Assembly (NCBI GenBank): GCA_963720545.1
Contig: OY970399.1
Span: 1,536,001 to 1,600,000, forward strand
Direction of reading: 5' to 3'
Length of the DNA stretch: 64,000 bases
DNA from: an uncultured Acidobacteriota bacterium
GTDB lineage: Bacteria > Acidobacteriota > Vicinamibacteria > Fen-336
Shown piece after piece: positions 30,007 to 39,369 of the stretch; within the stretch, counting starts at the first letter, position 1, and the number at the start of each line of letters is the position of its first letter. Position numbers and translations under genes: made by a program. Under the pieces are notes generated by a model. That model was not told where the DNA came from. It worked only from the letters and a program-made list of their open reading frames with translations, and did not search any database.

Positions 30007-31238
30007 CAGGAGCCCTGCGCCGCCTGCGCGACGATGCCGTCCGCGAAGTCGATGACGCCGCGCACGTAGCGGCGCTTCTCCAGGTATGAGCCGGGGAAGA
30101 AGCTGCGCTTGAAGCCGTAGATGAGGATGTCGCGCACTTCGCGCAGCGAGAGCGAGAACGCCTCCATCGCGCGCGTGATCTCGCGGGTGACGGTGGTGTT
30201 CGAGACCAGGCGGTTGTCGGTGCAGAAGGTCGTCGAGAGGCGGCGCTTGCGCATCTCGCCGAACGGATGCAGCCGCAGGTCGGCGGCCAGCTCGGGGACC
30301 GTCTGCTGGTTGGAAGTGAGGCACACCTCGAGCGTGATGCGCTTGTCGGCGACGAACTGGACGAGGCGCTCGATGTAGGCCTTGCGGTCCTTGATGCGCG
30401 GATCGGTGATCTTCGCCTCGTCGAACAGCCACGTGCCGTGGCCGATGCGGTCGGCGTGCAGGTCGCCGATCGCCTGGAAGATCGACTCCGGACCGTAGTC
30501 CTCGCCGGCATGCACTGTCTTACCGAGGAACGCCTCGTGCGCCACCTGGTATGCGGCGCGATGATCCTCGGCCGGATAGCCCTTCTCCTGGCCGGCGAGG
30601 TCGAGGCCGACGACCAGCAGGCCCTCCTCGTGCTTGAGGCGCGCGGCGGCGCGCGCCACCTCCAGGCTCGCGGCGCGGTAGATCTCCTGCGGGCGCGCCT
30701 CCGACATCGCCTCGAAGAAGCGCCGGTAGCCGGGCGAGAAGTGCTCGTTGAAGAAGCGCATGCCGCACAGGATGATGCCGGCCGCGAACGGCGGTTCGGC
30801 GCCGGAGACGATCTCGGGACGCGCGTTGAACTCGGCGGCGGCGCGGCGCAGGCCGCGGTCCACGGCGCGCACCACGTCGCGAATCTCGAAACCGGAGTGC
30901 ACGTGCAGGTGTGGCGCGAAGCGCACCTCGATGTAGCGCACGCCCTCATCCTGGTTGTCGACGGCGAGCTCGTACGACACGCGCTCCAGCGCCTCGGCGT
31001 CGTTCAGCACCGCCACCGTGTAAGCGAAGCCCTCGAGATACTCGCCGAGGTTCTGGTAGCGGTCGCGAAACACCAGCTCGCGCAGGCCTGCCGGCGTCTG
31101 CGACGGCAGCGCGACGTTGCGGTCGCGGGCGAGGTCGATGAGCGTCTCGAGGCGCAGCGAGCCGTCGAGGTGCAGGTGCAGGTCGTTCTTGGGAAGGCGC
31201 CTGATGGCGTCGCTTTCGGCCGGCGTGATGGTGCGCAT
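30006..31238 (-). CDS. add: Adenosine deaminase family protein
   Basis: LPKNDLHLHLDGS, GLDLAG, TVHAGE, RIGHG, EVCLTSN, CTDN; ATG at 31238. Confidence 0.88.
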   Translation of the reverse strand: MRTITPAESDAIRRLPKNDLHLHLDGSLRLETLIDLARDRNVALPSQTPAGLRELVFRDRYQNLGEYLEGFAYTVAVLNDAEALERVSYELAVDNQDEGVRYIEVRFAPHLHVHSGFEIRDVVRAVDRGLRRAAAEFNARPEIVSGAEPPFAAGIILCGMRFFNEHFSPGYRRFFEAMSEARPQEIYRAASLEVARAAARLKHEEGLLVVGLDLAGQEKGYPAEDHRAAYQVAHEAFLGKTVHAGEDYGPESIFQAIGDLHADRIGHGTWLFDEAKITDPRIKDRKAYIERLVQFVADKRITLEVCLTSNQQTVPELAADLRLHPFGEMRKRRLSTTFCTDNRLVSNTTVTREITRAMEAFSLSLREVRDILIYGFKRSFFPGSYLEKRRYVRGVIDFADGIVAQAAQGS

Positions 31239-31261
31239 CGTGTGCTTGCCGCTATTGTCCT

Positions 31262-32653
31262 TCAGGACCGGTCGGCGAGTCCCCGGCGCCTGGTCTTTCT
31301 CCCCGCCGCCTTGCCGCGGCTGCGGCCCGAGCCGCCGGCGCGCGAGCGGGTGCGGCGCGCGCCGCGCGCCGTGGGCCCGGCAAAACCGAGGAGCGCCATT
31401 GCCATCGCCGCCATCATCGCCACCTCCCACGTGGCGTACCAGGTGCCGGAAATGAAGCCGCGGTTCCAGGAGACGATGCCGGTGACCAGCAGCAGCACGG
31501 CGGGCATGAAGGCGAGCAGCACGAAGCGGCGGCGCAGGTCGAGCGCAGCGGCGCCGAGCGGCAGCGCGAAGACCCAGAGGGCGCTCACTGGGTTCACGAA
31601 CAGCAGCCAGCCGAACGCCAGCAGCACCGCCAGGCGCGCCCCGAGCGCCAGCGCCGAGGTGCCAAGCACCGGCTGCAGCGCCGCGATGATGAGGGCGCCG
31701 CCGAGGAAGTAGAGCGTCAGCGCGCCGAACACATGGCCGAACGCGGCGAACCAGTGCGGATCGGTGCCGCGCTGCTGACGCGCCTCTGAAAGGGCTCGCA
31801 CCGCGCCGACCAGCGCATTGCCGACCTTGGCGAGCGCCTGGTCGTCGAGCTTGTCGGCGGTGTCGCGCGGCCCGCGGTGGTACGGGTAGTAGCGGCTGAG
31901 CGACGAATCGGTGAGGAACAAGGACGCGGTGCCCGCCTGCAGGAAGGGCGCGCTGTCGGTGTGCTCCCGCATGCGGTAGGTGCGGACCGCCGCCTGATAG
32001 AGCCACGGAATGTAGGGGTCGCCGACCGCGAGGCGTTTCGCCTTGCCGCTGCGCGAGCCGTCGAGCACCGCCTGCACCAGCCAGCCTGGTGCGATCAGGT
32101 AACGGCCGGCGCGAAACGCATCGGGCTCGGGAACCGCCTGCAGGTTCGGCGCGCCGGGCTGCCAGCCGCTCATCTCGACGACCACAGCCGCCACCACGTT
32201 GCGCAGGTCGGCGCCCAGCGACTTCACGTAAGCGCGTGAGCCGGCGGTTCCGCCCTCGAAGCTGACGAACACGACGGTGCGGTTGCGGCCGGGCGCCGCG
32301 GCCAGTGCCCGCGCCGTCTCGATGAGGATGCCGACGCCGCTGCCGTCGTCGTAGGCGCCCGGCGACTCCGCCGCCGAATCGTGATGGGCACCGATCACGA
32401 GCGTCTCCCGGCCGGGGCCGGGCAGCACGCCGATGACGTTGCTGCCGGCGGTGCGCCCATCCGAGAAGCCCTGCAGCCGCACGTTTTCAAGCCCCGCGGA
32501 GCGGAAGGCGGCGGCGACGTACTCCGCCGCCACGGCCGCCCGTGGCGAGCCGAACGGGTGCGGGCCGAGCGCCGCGAGCCGGGCGGCGTGGGTGTGGGCA
32601 GCCGCGCCGTCTAGGGCCGCGGCAAGCAGCAATGGGGCTGCGAGAAGCGTCAT
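31262..32653 (-). CDS. M28-family peptidase-like protein with C-terminal TM helices
   Basis: Signal peptide, GAHHDS, GAYDDGSG, YH..DT; the EE motif is absent. Confidence 0.8.
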   Translation of the reverse strand: MTLLAAPLLLAAALDGAAAHTHAARLAALGPHPFGSPRAAVAAEYVAAAFRSAGLENVRLQGFSDGRTAGSNVIGVLPGPGRETLVIGAHHDSAAESPGAYDDGSGVGILIETARALAAAPGRNRTVVFVSFEGGTAGSRAYVKSLGADLRNVVAAVVVEMSGWQPGAPNLQAVPEPDAFRAGRYLIAPGWLVQAVLDGSRSGKAKRLAVGDPYIPWLYQAAVRTYRMREHTDSAPFLQAGTASLFLTDSSLSRYYPYHRGPRDTADKLDDQALAKVGNALVGAVRALSEARQQRGTDPHWFAAFGHVFGALTLYFLGGALIIAALQPVLGTSALALGARLAVLLAFGWLLFVNPVSALWVFALPLGAAALDLRRRFVLLAFMPAVLLLVTGIVSWNRGFISGTWYATWEVAMMAAMAMALLGFAGPTARGARRTRSRAGGSGRSRGKAAGRKTRRRGLADRS

Positions 32654-32663
32654 CGAGGAGCGG

Positions 32664-32678
32664 ATTATAGGCTACAAT
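32664..32678. promoter_or_regulatory. Back-to-back -10 boxes (bidirectional promoter)
   Basis: TATAAT on minus (32669-32664) and TACAAT on plus (32673-32678) in the 50-bp divergent gap. Confidence 0.55.
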
Positions 32679-32703
32679 CCCTACCTCTTTTTCCTTGACA
32701 CAC

Positions 32704-33363
32704 ATGCATTTACGCCATCTCGTGACCGCGCTCGCCGGGATCGCGCTCACGGCGGTGCCCACCGGCGCCGCCGAAGTGCGCGGAAGGGTAACGATGATGG
32801 AAAAGGGCGGCGCCGCTTCGTCCGACCTGGCCGCCGTGGTCGTCTACCTCGAGGGGGCCGCGGCGCCCGTAGCGCCGAAACGGACCACCATCACGATGCG
32901 CGGCAAGGCCTTCGAGCCGCGCGTGCTGGTGGTGCCTGTCGGCGCCACCATCGACTTCCCGAACGCCGACCCCATCCTGCACAACGTGTTCTCCGCGACC
33001 AAAGGCAACAGCTTCGACCTGCAGCTCTACAAGGCGCCGAAGAGCGCTTCCTGGACCTTCCGTGAGGCCGGGATCGTCAACGTCTACTGCAACATCCACC
33101 CGCAGATGGGCGCCGTCGTCATCGTGCGCGACAATCCCTGGTATGCGAGCGTCCGGCCCGACGGCAGCTTCGCCATCGACGGCGTGCCCGCGGGCAAGTA
33201 CACGCTCACCGCGTGGCACGATCGCGGCGGCCAGGTCTCGCAAAGCGTCGTGGTGGGCGCGCAGGGTGCCGACGTGACGTTGGCGCTCGACGCCTCGCGC
33301 TACAAGTGGGTCGCGCACCGCAACAAGTTCGGCCGCGCCTACAGCACGGGCGAAAGGTATTGA
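32704..33363 (+). CDS. Secreted cupredoxin-like protein with carboxypeptidase-regulatory-like C-terminal domain
   Basis: Signal peptide, FEPRVLVV, FPNADPILHNVFS, YCNIHPQM, VPAGKYTLTAWH. Confidence 0.82.
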   Translation: MHLRHLVTALAGIALTAVPTGAAEVRGRVTMMEKGGAASSDLAAVVVYLEGAAAPVAPKRTTITMRGKAFEPRVLVVPVGATIDFPNADPILHNVFSATKGNSFDLQLYKAPKSASWTFREAGIVNVYCNIHPQMGAVVIVRDNPWYASVRPDGSFAIDGVPAGKYTLTAWHDRGGQVSQSVVVGAQGADVTLALDASRYKWVAHRNKFGRAYSTGERY

Positions 33364-33373
33364 CGGTTCGCGC

Positions 33374-35359
33374 GTGAGCCTCACGCAGAAGATCCTGGCG
33401 TTCGTCAGCGCCCTGGTGCTGGGGCTGCTCCTGACGACGCTCGTCTACACCACGTTCCAGGCGAACCGGCTGGCGCGCGAGAGCCTGCGCGAGGGGCTGA
33501 CGCAAACCACCAGCATCTGGGAGACGTTCCAGGCCGACCGCTACGACAAGCTCAAGCTCGGCCTGCGCGCCCTGGCCAACGAGCCGGCGTTCAAGGCGGT
33601 GGTGGAGGCGCGCGACCTGCCGACCATCCAGGACACGCTGGCGGAGCGCGGCGCCGACTTCGGCGCCGACTTGTTCGTGGTCACCGATGCGGGCGGCAGC
33701 GTGCTGTCGCGCGCCGGACGTGCGGGTCGCGAAGGCGCCGACCTGTCGCACGATCCGCTCATCCTCACCGTGCTCGACGGCCAGGAAGCGGCGACCATCT
33801 GGAAGGAAGGCACGCGCCTCTACCACACCGTGGCGGTGCCGATGGCGACCGGCGGCGCCCTGCAGGGCATCCTCATCGCCGGTTTTGCCCTCGACGAGCG
33901 GCTCGCGAGCGACATCCGCAAGCTGACGCGCTCGGAAATCGCCTTCTTCGCGAACGACGCGGGTTCCTGGAAGTTGTCGGCGTCGACCATCGGCGAAACG
34001 GGCGACGCGCTCGACCGCGCGGCCGAACCGCGCACGGAGCCGGTCACCGTCTCGTTGTCGAATGCGCCGTACCTGGCGGTGACGGCGCCGCTGCGGGCGG
34101 CGAGCGGCGAGGTGGTGGGCTCGATCGTGGCGCTGCGCAGCATCGACCAGGAGATGGCGCCCTTCCGCCGCTTCCGCTACAGCCTCATCGGCGCGTCGCT
34201 GGTGGCGCTCGTCTGCGGCCTGGGCGCCGCGTATGCGGTGAGCAGCGGCATCACGCGGCCAGTGCGCCGTCTCGTCGACCTCGTCGACCGGGTGCGCGAA
34301 GGCTCCTTCACCGGCGCGGTGCAGGTGACGAGCCGCGACGAGATCGGCACGCTGGCGCGCGCGTTCAACGCGCTGCTTGCCGACCTGCGCGAGAAGGAAC
34401 AGCTCATCACCTACCTGCGCGACGACAACGCGGCGGTGCACGAACAGCGCGCGGCCGGCAGCGGCAGCACGCCGACGCTGGTGCAGGGCGATGCCACCAG
34501 CCTGCGTCCGGACGCCACCCTCGGCGGCCTGGCCTCGCGCTACGAGATCCTCGAGACGCTCGGCAAGGGCGGCATGGGAGTCGTGTTCCGCGCGCGCGAC
34601 CGCAAGCTCGACGAGATCGTGGCGCTCAAGACGCTGCGCCCGGAGGTGCTCGCCACCGACCGCGGCCTGCTCGACCGCTTCAAGCAGGAACTGAAGCTGG
34701 CGCGCCGCATCACCCACAAGAACGTGATGCGCACCTACGATTTCGGCGAGGAAGCCGGCGCGCCTTACATAACGATGGAGTATGTCGAGGGCGTGACGCT
34801 CAAGGAGCTGGTCAAGAGCCGCGGTGCCTTGCCGCTGAACGTCGGCCTGCGCATCGCCAAGGAGATGTGCCACGGGCTCGAGGCGGCGCACGCCCAGGGC
34901 GTCGTGCACCGCGACATCAAGGCGCAGAACATGATGATCATCCCGGCCAGCGGCGCCCTCAAGATCATGGACTTCGGGATCGCGCGGCAGACGGACGTGA
35001 GCGCCGACGGCGAGCCGGGGCTGACGGTCGCGGGCATGGTGATGGGGACTCCCGACTACATGCCGCCCGAGCAGGCGCAGGGCCAGCCCGCCGACTTCCG
35101 CTCCGACATCTATTCGCTCGGCATCGTGCTGTTCGAGGCGTTCACCGGCAAGCTTCCGTTCCGCGGCGCGACCGTGCTGGGCACCCTGGCGAAGCAGGTG
35201 AACGAGGCCGCGCCCTCCCTGCGCAGCCTCAACCCGTCGATTCCCGCGAACCTCGAGGCAGCCGTGTTGCGCTGCCTCGCCAAGGATCCCGCGGCGCGTT
35301 ACCAGTCGATCGCGGAGCTGCTGGCCGACCTCGACTCGGTTTCGGCCGGCACGGCGTAG
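33374..35359 (+). CDS. Membrane Ser/Thr (Hanks) kinase with extracytoplasmic Cache-like and HAMP domains
   Basis: TM-sensor-TM, ITRPV...RDEIGTLARAFN HAMP, LGKGGMG, VALK, HRDIK, DFG, GTPDYM, DIYSLG. Confidence 0.92.
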   Translation: MSLTQKILAFVSALVLGLLLTTLVYTTFQANRLARESLREGLTQTTSIWETFQADRYDKLKLGLRALANEPAFKAVVEARDLPTIQDTLAERGADFGADLFVVTDAGGSVLSRAGRAGREGADLSHDPLILTVLDGQEAATIWKEGTRLYHTVAVPMATGGALQGILIAGFALDERLASDIRKLTRSEIAFFANDAGSWKLSASTIGETGDALDRAAEPRTEPVTVSLSNAPYLAVTAPLRAASGEVVGSIVALRSIDQEMAPFRRFRYSLIGASLVALVCGLGAAYAVSSGITRPVRRLVDLVDRVREGSFTGAVQVTSRDEIGTLARAFNALLADLREKEQLITYLRDDNAAVHEQRAAGSGSTPTLVQGDATSLRPDATLGGLASRYEILETLGKGGMGVVFRARDRKLDEIVALKTLRPEVLATDRGLLDRFKQELKLARRITHKNVMRTYDFGEEAGAPYITMEYVEGVTLKELVKSRGALPLNVGLRIAKEMCHGLEAAHAQGVVHRDIKAQNMMIIPASGALKIMDFGIARQTDVSADGEPGLTVAGMVMGTPDYMPPEQAQGQPADFRSDIYSLGIVLFEAFTGKLPFRGATVLGTLAKQVNEAAPSLRSLNPSIPANLEAAVLRCLAKDPAARYQSIAELLADLDSVSAGTA

Positions 35360-35371
35360 AACACCGCCGCT

Positions 35372-35923
35372 TTGAAGAAGGACCCGAAGCGGATCGTGGT
35401 GCTGGGCCCAGAATCGACCGGCAAGACGACGCTCGCCGCCGAGCTCGCCGCGCACTACCGCACAACGGTTGCGCCGGAATACCTGCGCACGCTGGTCGCG
35501 ACCCGGCTGCGCGACAGCGGGCGCATGCACGTCGGCATGCGCGACACGCGGGCCATCGTCCTCGGCCAGGTCGCGAACGAAGACGATGCCGTGCGACGCG
35601 CCGGCGAGGTGGTGATCTTCGACACCAACCCCCTGCAGTCGCTCGTTTACTACGAACACTACTTCGGCGCGCGCCGGCCGCTGTGGCTGGAGCGCATCCT
35701 GGCGCAGCGTCGCTACGACCTCTATCTATTGCTCGATGTGGATGTGCCATGGGTCGCCGACCCGCAGCGCGACCGGCCGCGCTTTCGCCGCGGCTTCTAT
35801 CGCCTGTTTCACCAGGCGCTGCGCGCGCGGCAGCTGCCGTTCGTGCGCATCCACGGCACCTGGGACGAGCGCCGGCAGCGGGCGATCCGGGCGATCGATC
35901 GGCTAAGATCGGCGTCGGCGTGA
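35372..35923 (+). CDS. Stand-alone NadR-type P-loop kinase (ribosylnicotinamide kinase-like)
   Basis: GPESTGKTTL, PEY, FDTN, YDLYLLLDVDVPWVADPQR. Confidence 0.82.
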   Translation: MKKDPKRIVVLGPESTGKTTLAAELAAHYRTTVAPEYLRTLVATRLRDSGRMHVGMRDTRAIVLGQVANEDDAVRRAGEVVIFDTNPLQSLVYYEHYFGARRPLWLERILAQRRYDLYLLLDVDVPWVADPQRDRPRFRRGFYRLFHQALRARQLPFVRIHGTWDERRQRAIRAIDRLRSASA

Positions 35924-37353
35924 CATCCCTTTCCGTGCTCGTTCCCGTCTACAACGAGGAATTCCTGGTGGAGGCTTCGCTTGCGCGCCTCGAGGCGCTT
36001 GCGGCAAGCCCGCACCTCGAGCGCGTCCAGGTCGTGGTCGTCGACGACCGCTCCAGGGACGGCACCGGCGCCATCCTCGACCGGCTGCAGGCGGCGCGCG
36101 CCGCCGAGCCGCACGGCAAGATCGAGTGGTTGTTCCTGCGCCACGAGAAGAACCAGGGGAAGGGCGCCGCCATCCGCACGGCGCTGCAGCACGCCGATTG
36201 CGAGATCACCGTCATCCACGACGCCGACCTCGAGTATCACCCGCACGACCTGCTGCGCTTCATCGACTTGTTCGTCGACGAGGAGGCGGACGCCGTGTTC
36301 GGCTCGCGCTTCGCCGGCGGCGCCGCGCGCCGCGTGCTGCTCTTCCGCCATCAGCTCGGCAACAAGTTCCTGACGTTCCTCTGCAACATGGTCACGAACC
36401 TGAACCTCACCGACATGGAGACCTGCTACAAGGCGGTGCGCACCGACCTGCTGAAGTCGATCCCCATCGTCTCCAACGACTTCCGCCTCGAACCGGAGCT
36501 GACGATCAAGCTCGGCAAGCGCAAGGCGCGCATTTTCGAGATCCCCATCAGCTATTCGGGGCGCACCTACGAAGAAGGCAAGAAGATCAACTGGCGCGAC
36601 GGCTTCGCGGCGCTGTGGGCGATCGTCCGCTTCGCGCTCTCCGACGAGATCTTCACCAAGGACGAGTACGGCAGCCAGATCCTCGCGCGCCTGTCGCGCG
36701 CGCCGCGCTTCAACGCCTGGATGGCCGACGTCATCCGGCCGTATTGCCGGCAGCGCGTCCTCGAGATCGGCAGCGGCGTCGGCAACCTGACGAAGAAGCT
36801 GATTCCGCGGCGGGCCTACGTCGCCTCCGACATCAACCCGCTCTACCTGCAGTCGCTCGCCGCCCTCACCAAGGAACGGCCCTACCTGTCGGTTTCCTAT
36901 TGCGACGTCACCGACGCCGCCACTTTCAAGCGTCCACCGGAAGGCTTCGACACGGTCATCTGCCTCAACGTCATCGAACACGTGGGCGACGACCGCGCGG
37001 CGATGAGCAACATCCATTCGGTGCTGTCGCACGACGGCCGCGCCATCGTCCTGGTGCCGCAGGGTCCAGGCAACTTCGGCACCCTCGACGAAGTGCTCGG
37101 CCACCAGCGCCGCTACACCGTGGCGACTCTCACGGCTCTGGCGGAAGCGTCGGCGTTCAAGGTCGAGGAGATGATCCCCTTCAACCGCACCGGAACGTGG
37201 GCGTGGTACCTGAACGGCAAGCTGCTGCGCCGCCGCCATTTCGGGCTGCTGCAGATCAAGGCGCTCAACCTGCTGACGCCGCTGTTCCGCGCGATCGACC
37301 GCTTCTTCCCCGCGCCGCCGCTCAGCCTGATCGCGATCCTGCGCCCGACATAG
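35920..37353 (+). CDS. Glycosyltransferase family 2 fused to class I SAM methyltransferase
   Basis: VPVYNEE, DDRSRD, NQGKGAA, DADLEY, TDMETCYK; C-terminal LEIGSGVG, CLNVIEH; GTG at 35920. Confidence 0.9.
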   Translation: MTSLSVLVPVYNEEFLVEASLARLEALAASPHLERVQVVVVDDRSRDGTGAILDRLQAARAAEPHGKIEWLFLRHEKNQGKGAAIRTALQHADCEITVIHDADLEYHPHDLLRFIDLFVDEEADAVFGSRFAGGAARRVLLFRHQLGNKFLTFLCNMVTNLNLTDMETCYKAVRTDLLKSIPIVSNDFRLEPELTIKLGKRKARIFEIPISYSGRTYEEGKKINWRDGFAALWAIVRFALSDEIFTKDEYGSQILARLSRAPRFNAWMADVIRPYCRQRVLEIGSGVGNLTKKLIPRRAYVASDINPLYLQSLAALTKERPYLSVSYCDVTDAATFKRPPEGFDTVICLNVIEHVGDDRAAMSNIHSVLSHDGRAIVLVPQGPGNFGTLDEVLGHQRRYTVATLTALAEASAFKVEEMIPFNRTGTWAWYLNGKLLRRRHFGLLQIKALNLLTPLFRAIDRFFPAPPLSLIAILRPT

Positions 37354-37363
37354 TCGCCCCCTG

Positions 37364-39241
37364 TCAACGGGCGATCGTTGGCAACTTCATCCTGTTCAAT
37401 ATATGGACGAAGCGCGGGTCGCCGCGCAGCGCGTCCCACTTGGGGTCGACAGCGAGGAAGACCATGTGGACGTCCCGCTCCTGGCACGCTCTCTCCAGCC
37501 ACTTCAGGGCTTCCCGCTCGTTGCCGAGCCCGTGATGGACGAGCGCCAGGTAATGCGGCGGAACATACTTTCGCCGCGAGATCTCCTGCAACTGCCGCAA
37601 CGAGTCCTCGGCTTCGCGCCTCCGGCCGGACACGGCGTCCGTGTAGCCGCTCAATGAGATCGGCTCCGACATGCCGCCTGCAAACTCCCTGGCCTTCTGA
37701 AATGCCGCCAGGGCATCGGCGTGCCTGCCGGCGCCAGCGTAGATCTTGCCGAGAGTGATGAGCCCAACCCAGTAGTTTGGCTCCAGTTCCAGCGCGCCCC
37801 GTAAATTTTCGATCGCCTCAGGGTAGCGGCGCGCCTGGTAGAGGAAGTGCGCCTTCAGCGTGAGCGCGGGAACGGAAATCGGGTCCAGCATGAGGGCGCG
37901 TTCCGCTTGCTCCAGGGCATCTTCATTCCGGCCAAGATCGGAGAGCAGGTGACCGTAGCCAACGTGCGCGAAGAGCTGGTTTGGGCTGATCTCCAGCGCC
38001 TGCTTGAACTCCTTTTCTGCGCCCTGCCAGTCCCACTCGTACCAGAGCTTGATCCAGCCCAAAGCGGTGTGGGCTTCGGCAAGCTGCCCGTCGATCGCGA
38101 GCGCGCGCAGCGCCGCGCTCGTCGCCAGCGGAAAAGCCTCGGCAGACTGTATGTCGCTCGTGATGGGCAGGTTCCTGTAGCAATCGGAAAGCCCTGCAAG
38201 CGCGAGAGCGTAGTTCGGGTCCTGGCGAATGGCCTCCTCGAAAAATCCGATCGCCTTCCTTATCGATTCCAGCGTGGACTGATTCAGGAAAAAGCGGCCC
38301 TTGAGGTAGAGCTCGTACGCCTGCGCGTCGTTCGTGTGCCGCTTCGCCAGCAGTTCCCGCTCGCCGCCCGTCAGTTCCAGCGCCAACTCCGCCGTGACCT
38401 TCTCCGCGATCGAATCCTGGAGGGCGAAGATGTCCCTGGCATCCTCGTCGAACTCGCCCGCCCACATCTGCTTCCCGTCGCCGACGCTGACCAGCCGGGC
38501 GCTCACGCGGATCCGATCGCCCCAGGCCTGGATGTGTCCGTCGAGCACCGCCTGGACACCCAGCTCACGGCCGGCGGTGAAGGGGTCCTGCTCCGGGCCA
38601 CCGTAGCGGCGCACTGCCGACAGGGGACGGACGGTCAACTGCTGGATGTTGCTGAGCCGCGTGATCAAAGTGTCCGAGATACCCATCTCGAGAGAGGCGT
38701 TCCCGGCCTGCACCACCAGCGGCTTGAACGGCAACACGGCGATTGTCCGTATCGGCGGCAACGCGAGGCCTGGCGTTTTCGTCCACCAGACAGCGACCGC
38801 AAGCGCGGCGCCAAGCAATAGCGCCATCGACACCACTATCCGTACCCGGTTCCGGCCTGGCGCGCCTGAATCCGGGGCGGCGACGTCGGGGGCGCCTGCA
38901 CCGCTCACGCCGTCACGGACTACCTTGACCTCCGCGACGAAGCGGTAGCCGCTGCCCGGTACGGTCGCAATGTACCGGTTGTCGCCGCGGTTCTCACCGA
39001 GCACGCGGCGCAGTGTCGAGACATTCTGGTCCAGGTTGTTCTCTTCGACGAAGGCGTCCGGCCAGATGGCACGCATCAGCTCCTCGCGCGCGATCACCCT
39101 GCCCGGATTGCGCACCAGGTAGAGCAGGGTATCGAAGACCCGTGGCTTGAGGGCGACCGGATCCCCGTGTTGCAGCAGCAGGCGTCGCGCGCCGTCCACC
39201 CGGAAGTCGCCAAACTCGTGCGATTCCGGCCGCGGCTCCAT
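37364..39241 (-). CDS. OmpR/CadC-type winged-helix regulator with TM, TolB-N-like and TPR domains
   Basis: WPDAFVEENNL...YIATVPGSGYRF, TM helix, IAVLPF, AYELYLKGR, multiple TPRs. Confidence 0.9.
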   Translation of the reverse strand: MEPRPESHEFGDFRVDGARRLLLQHGDPVALKPRVFDTLLYLVRNPGRVIAREELMRAIWPDAFVEENNLDQNVSTLRRVLGENRGDNRYIATVPGSGYRFVAEVKVVRDGVSGAGAPDVAAPDSGAPGRNRVRIVVSMALLLGAALAVAVWWTKTPGLALPPIRTIAVLPFKPLVVQAGNASLEMGISDTLITRLSNIQQLTVRPLSAVRRYGGPEQDPFTAGRELGVQAVLDGHIQAWGDRIRVSARLVSVGDGKQMWAGEFDEDARDIFALQDSIAEKVTAELALELTGGERELLAKRHTNDAQAYELYLKGRFFLNQSTLESIRKAIGFFEEAIRQDPNYALALAGLSDCYRNLPITSDIQSAEAFPLATSAALRALAIDGQLAEAHTALGWIKLWYEWDWQGAEKEFKQALEISPNQLFAHVGYGHLLSDLGRNEDALEQAERALMLDPISVPALTLKAHFLYQARRYPEAIENLRGALELEPNYWVGLITLGKIYAGAGRHADALAAFQKAREFAGGMSEPISLSGYTDAVSGRRREAEDSLRQLQEISRRKYVPPHYLALVHHGLGNEREALKWLERACQERDVHMVFLAVDPKWDALRGDPRFVHILNRMKLPTIAR

Positions 39242-39251
39242 GTTGGCGGCG

Positions 39252-39290
39252 GTGTCAGGAGTGTTCAGAAGGATTCAGCTCCCCGTTAAG
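39252..39290. promoter_or_regulatory. Phased TCAG direct repeats in a divergent promoter (candidate wHTH operator)
   Basis: TCAG at 39255, 39265, 39275 (exact 10-bp period), TAAG at 39287. Confidence 0.5.
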
Positions 39291-39369
39291 GACCGGTGGC
39301 GCGTTTCGGAGCAGATTCGACGCACATGCCGGGGAGGCACTTTCCTTTTCGGCGAAAGGAGATCTGGAA

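Noticed and set aside
27548..30949. Apparent 1133-aa fusion ending in DUF1015
   Set aside because: The N-terminal part is an off-frame read through the deaminase and DUF4388 genes; the real start is ATG 28777
34867..35919. N-terminal extension of the GT2-methyltransferase ORF
   Set aside because: Overlaps the kinase and NadR-like genes out of frame; the GT2 motif starts at GTG 35920
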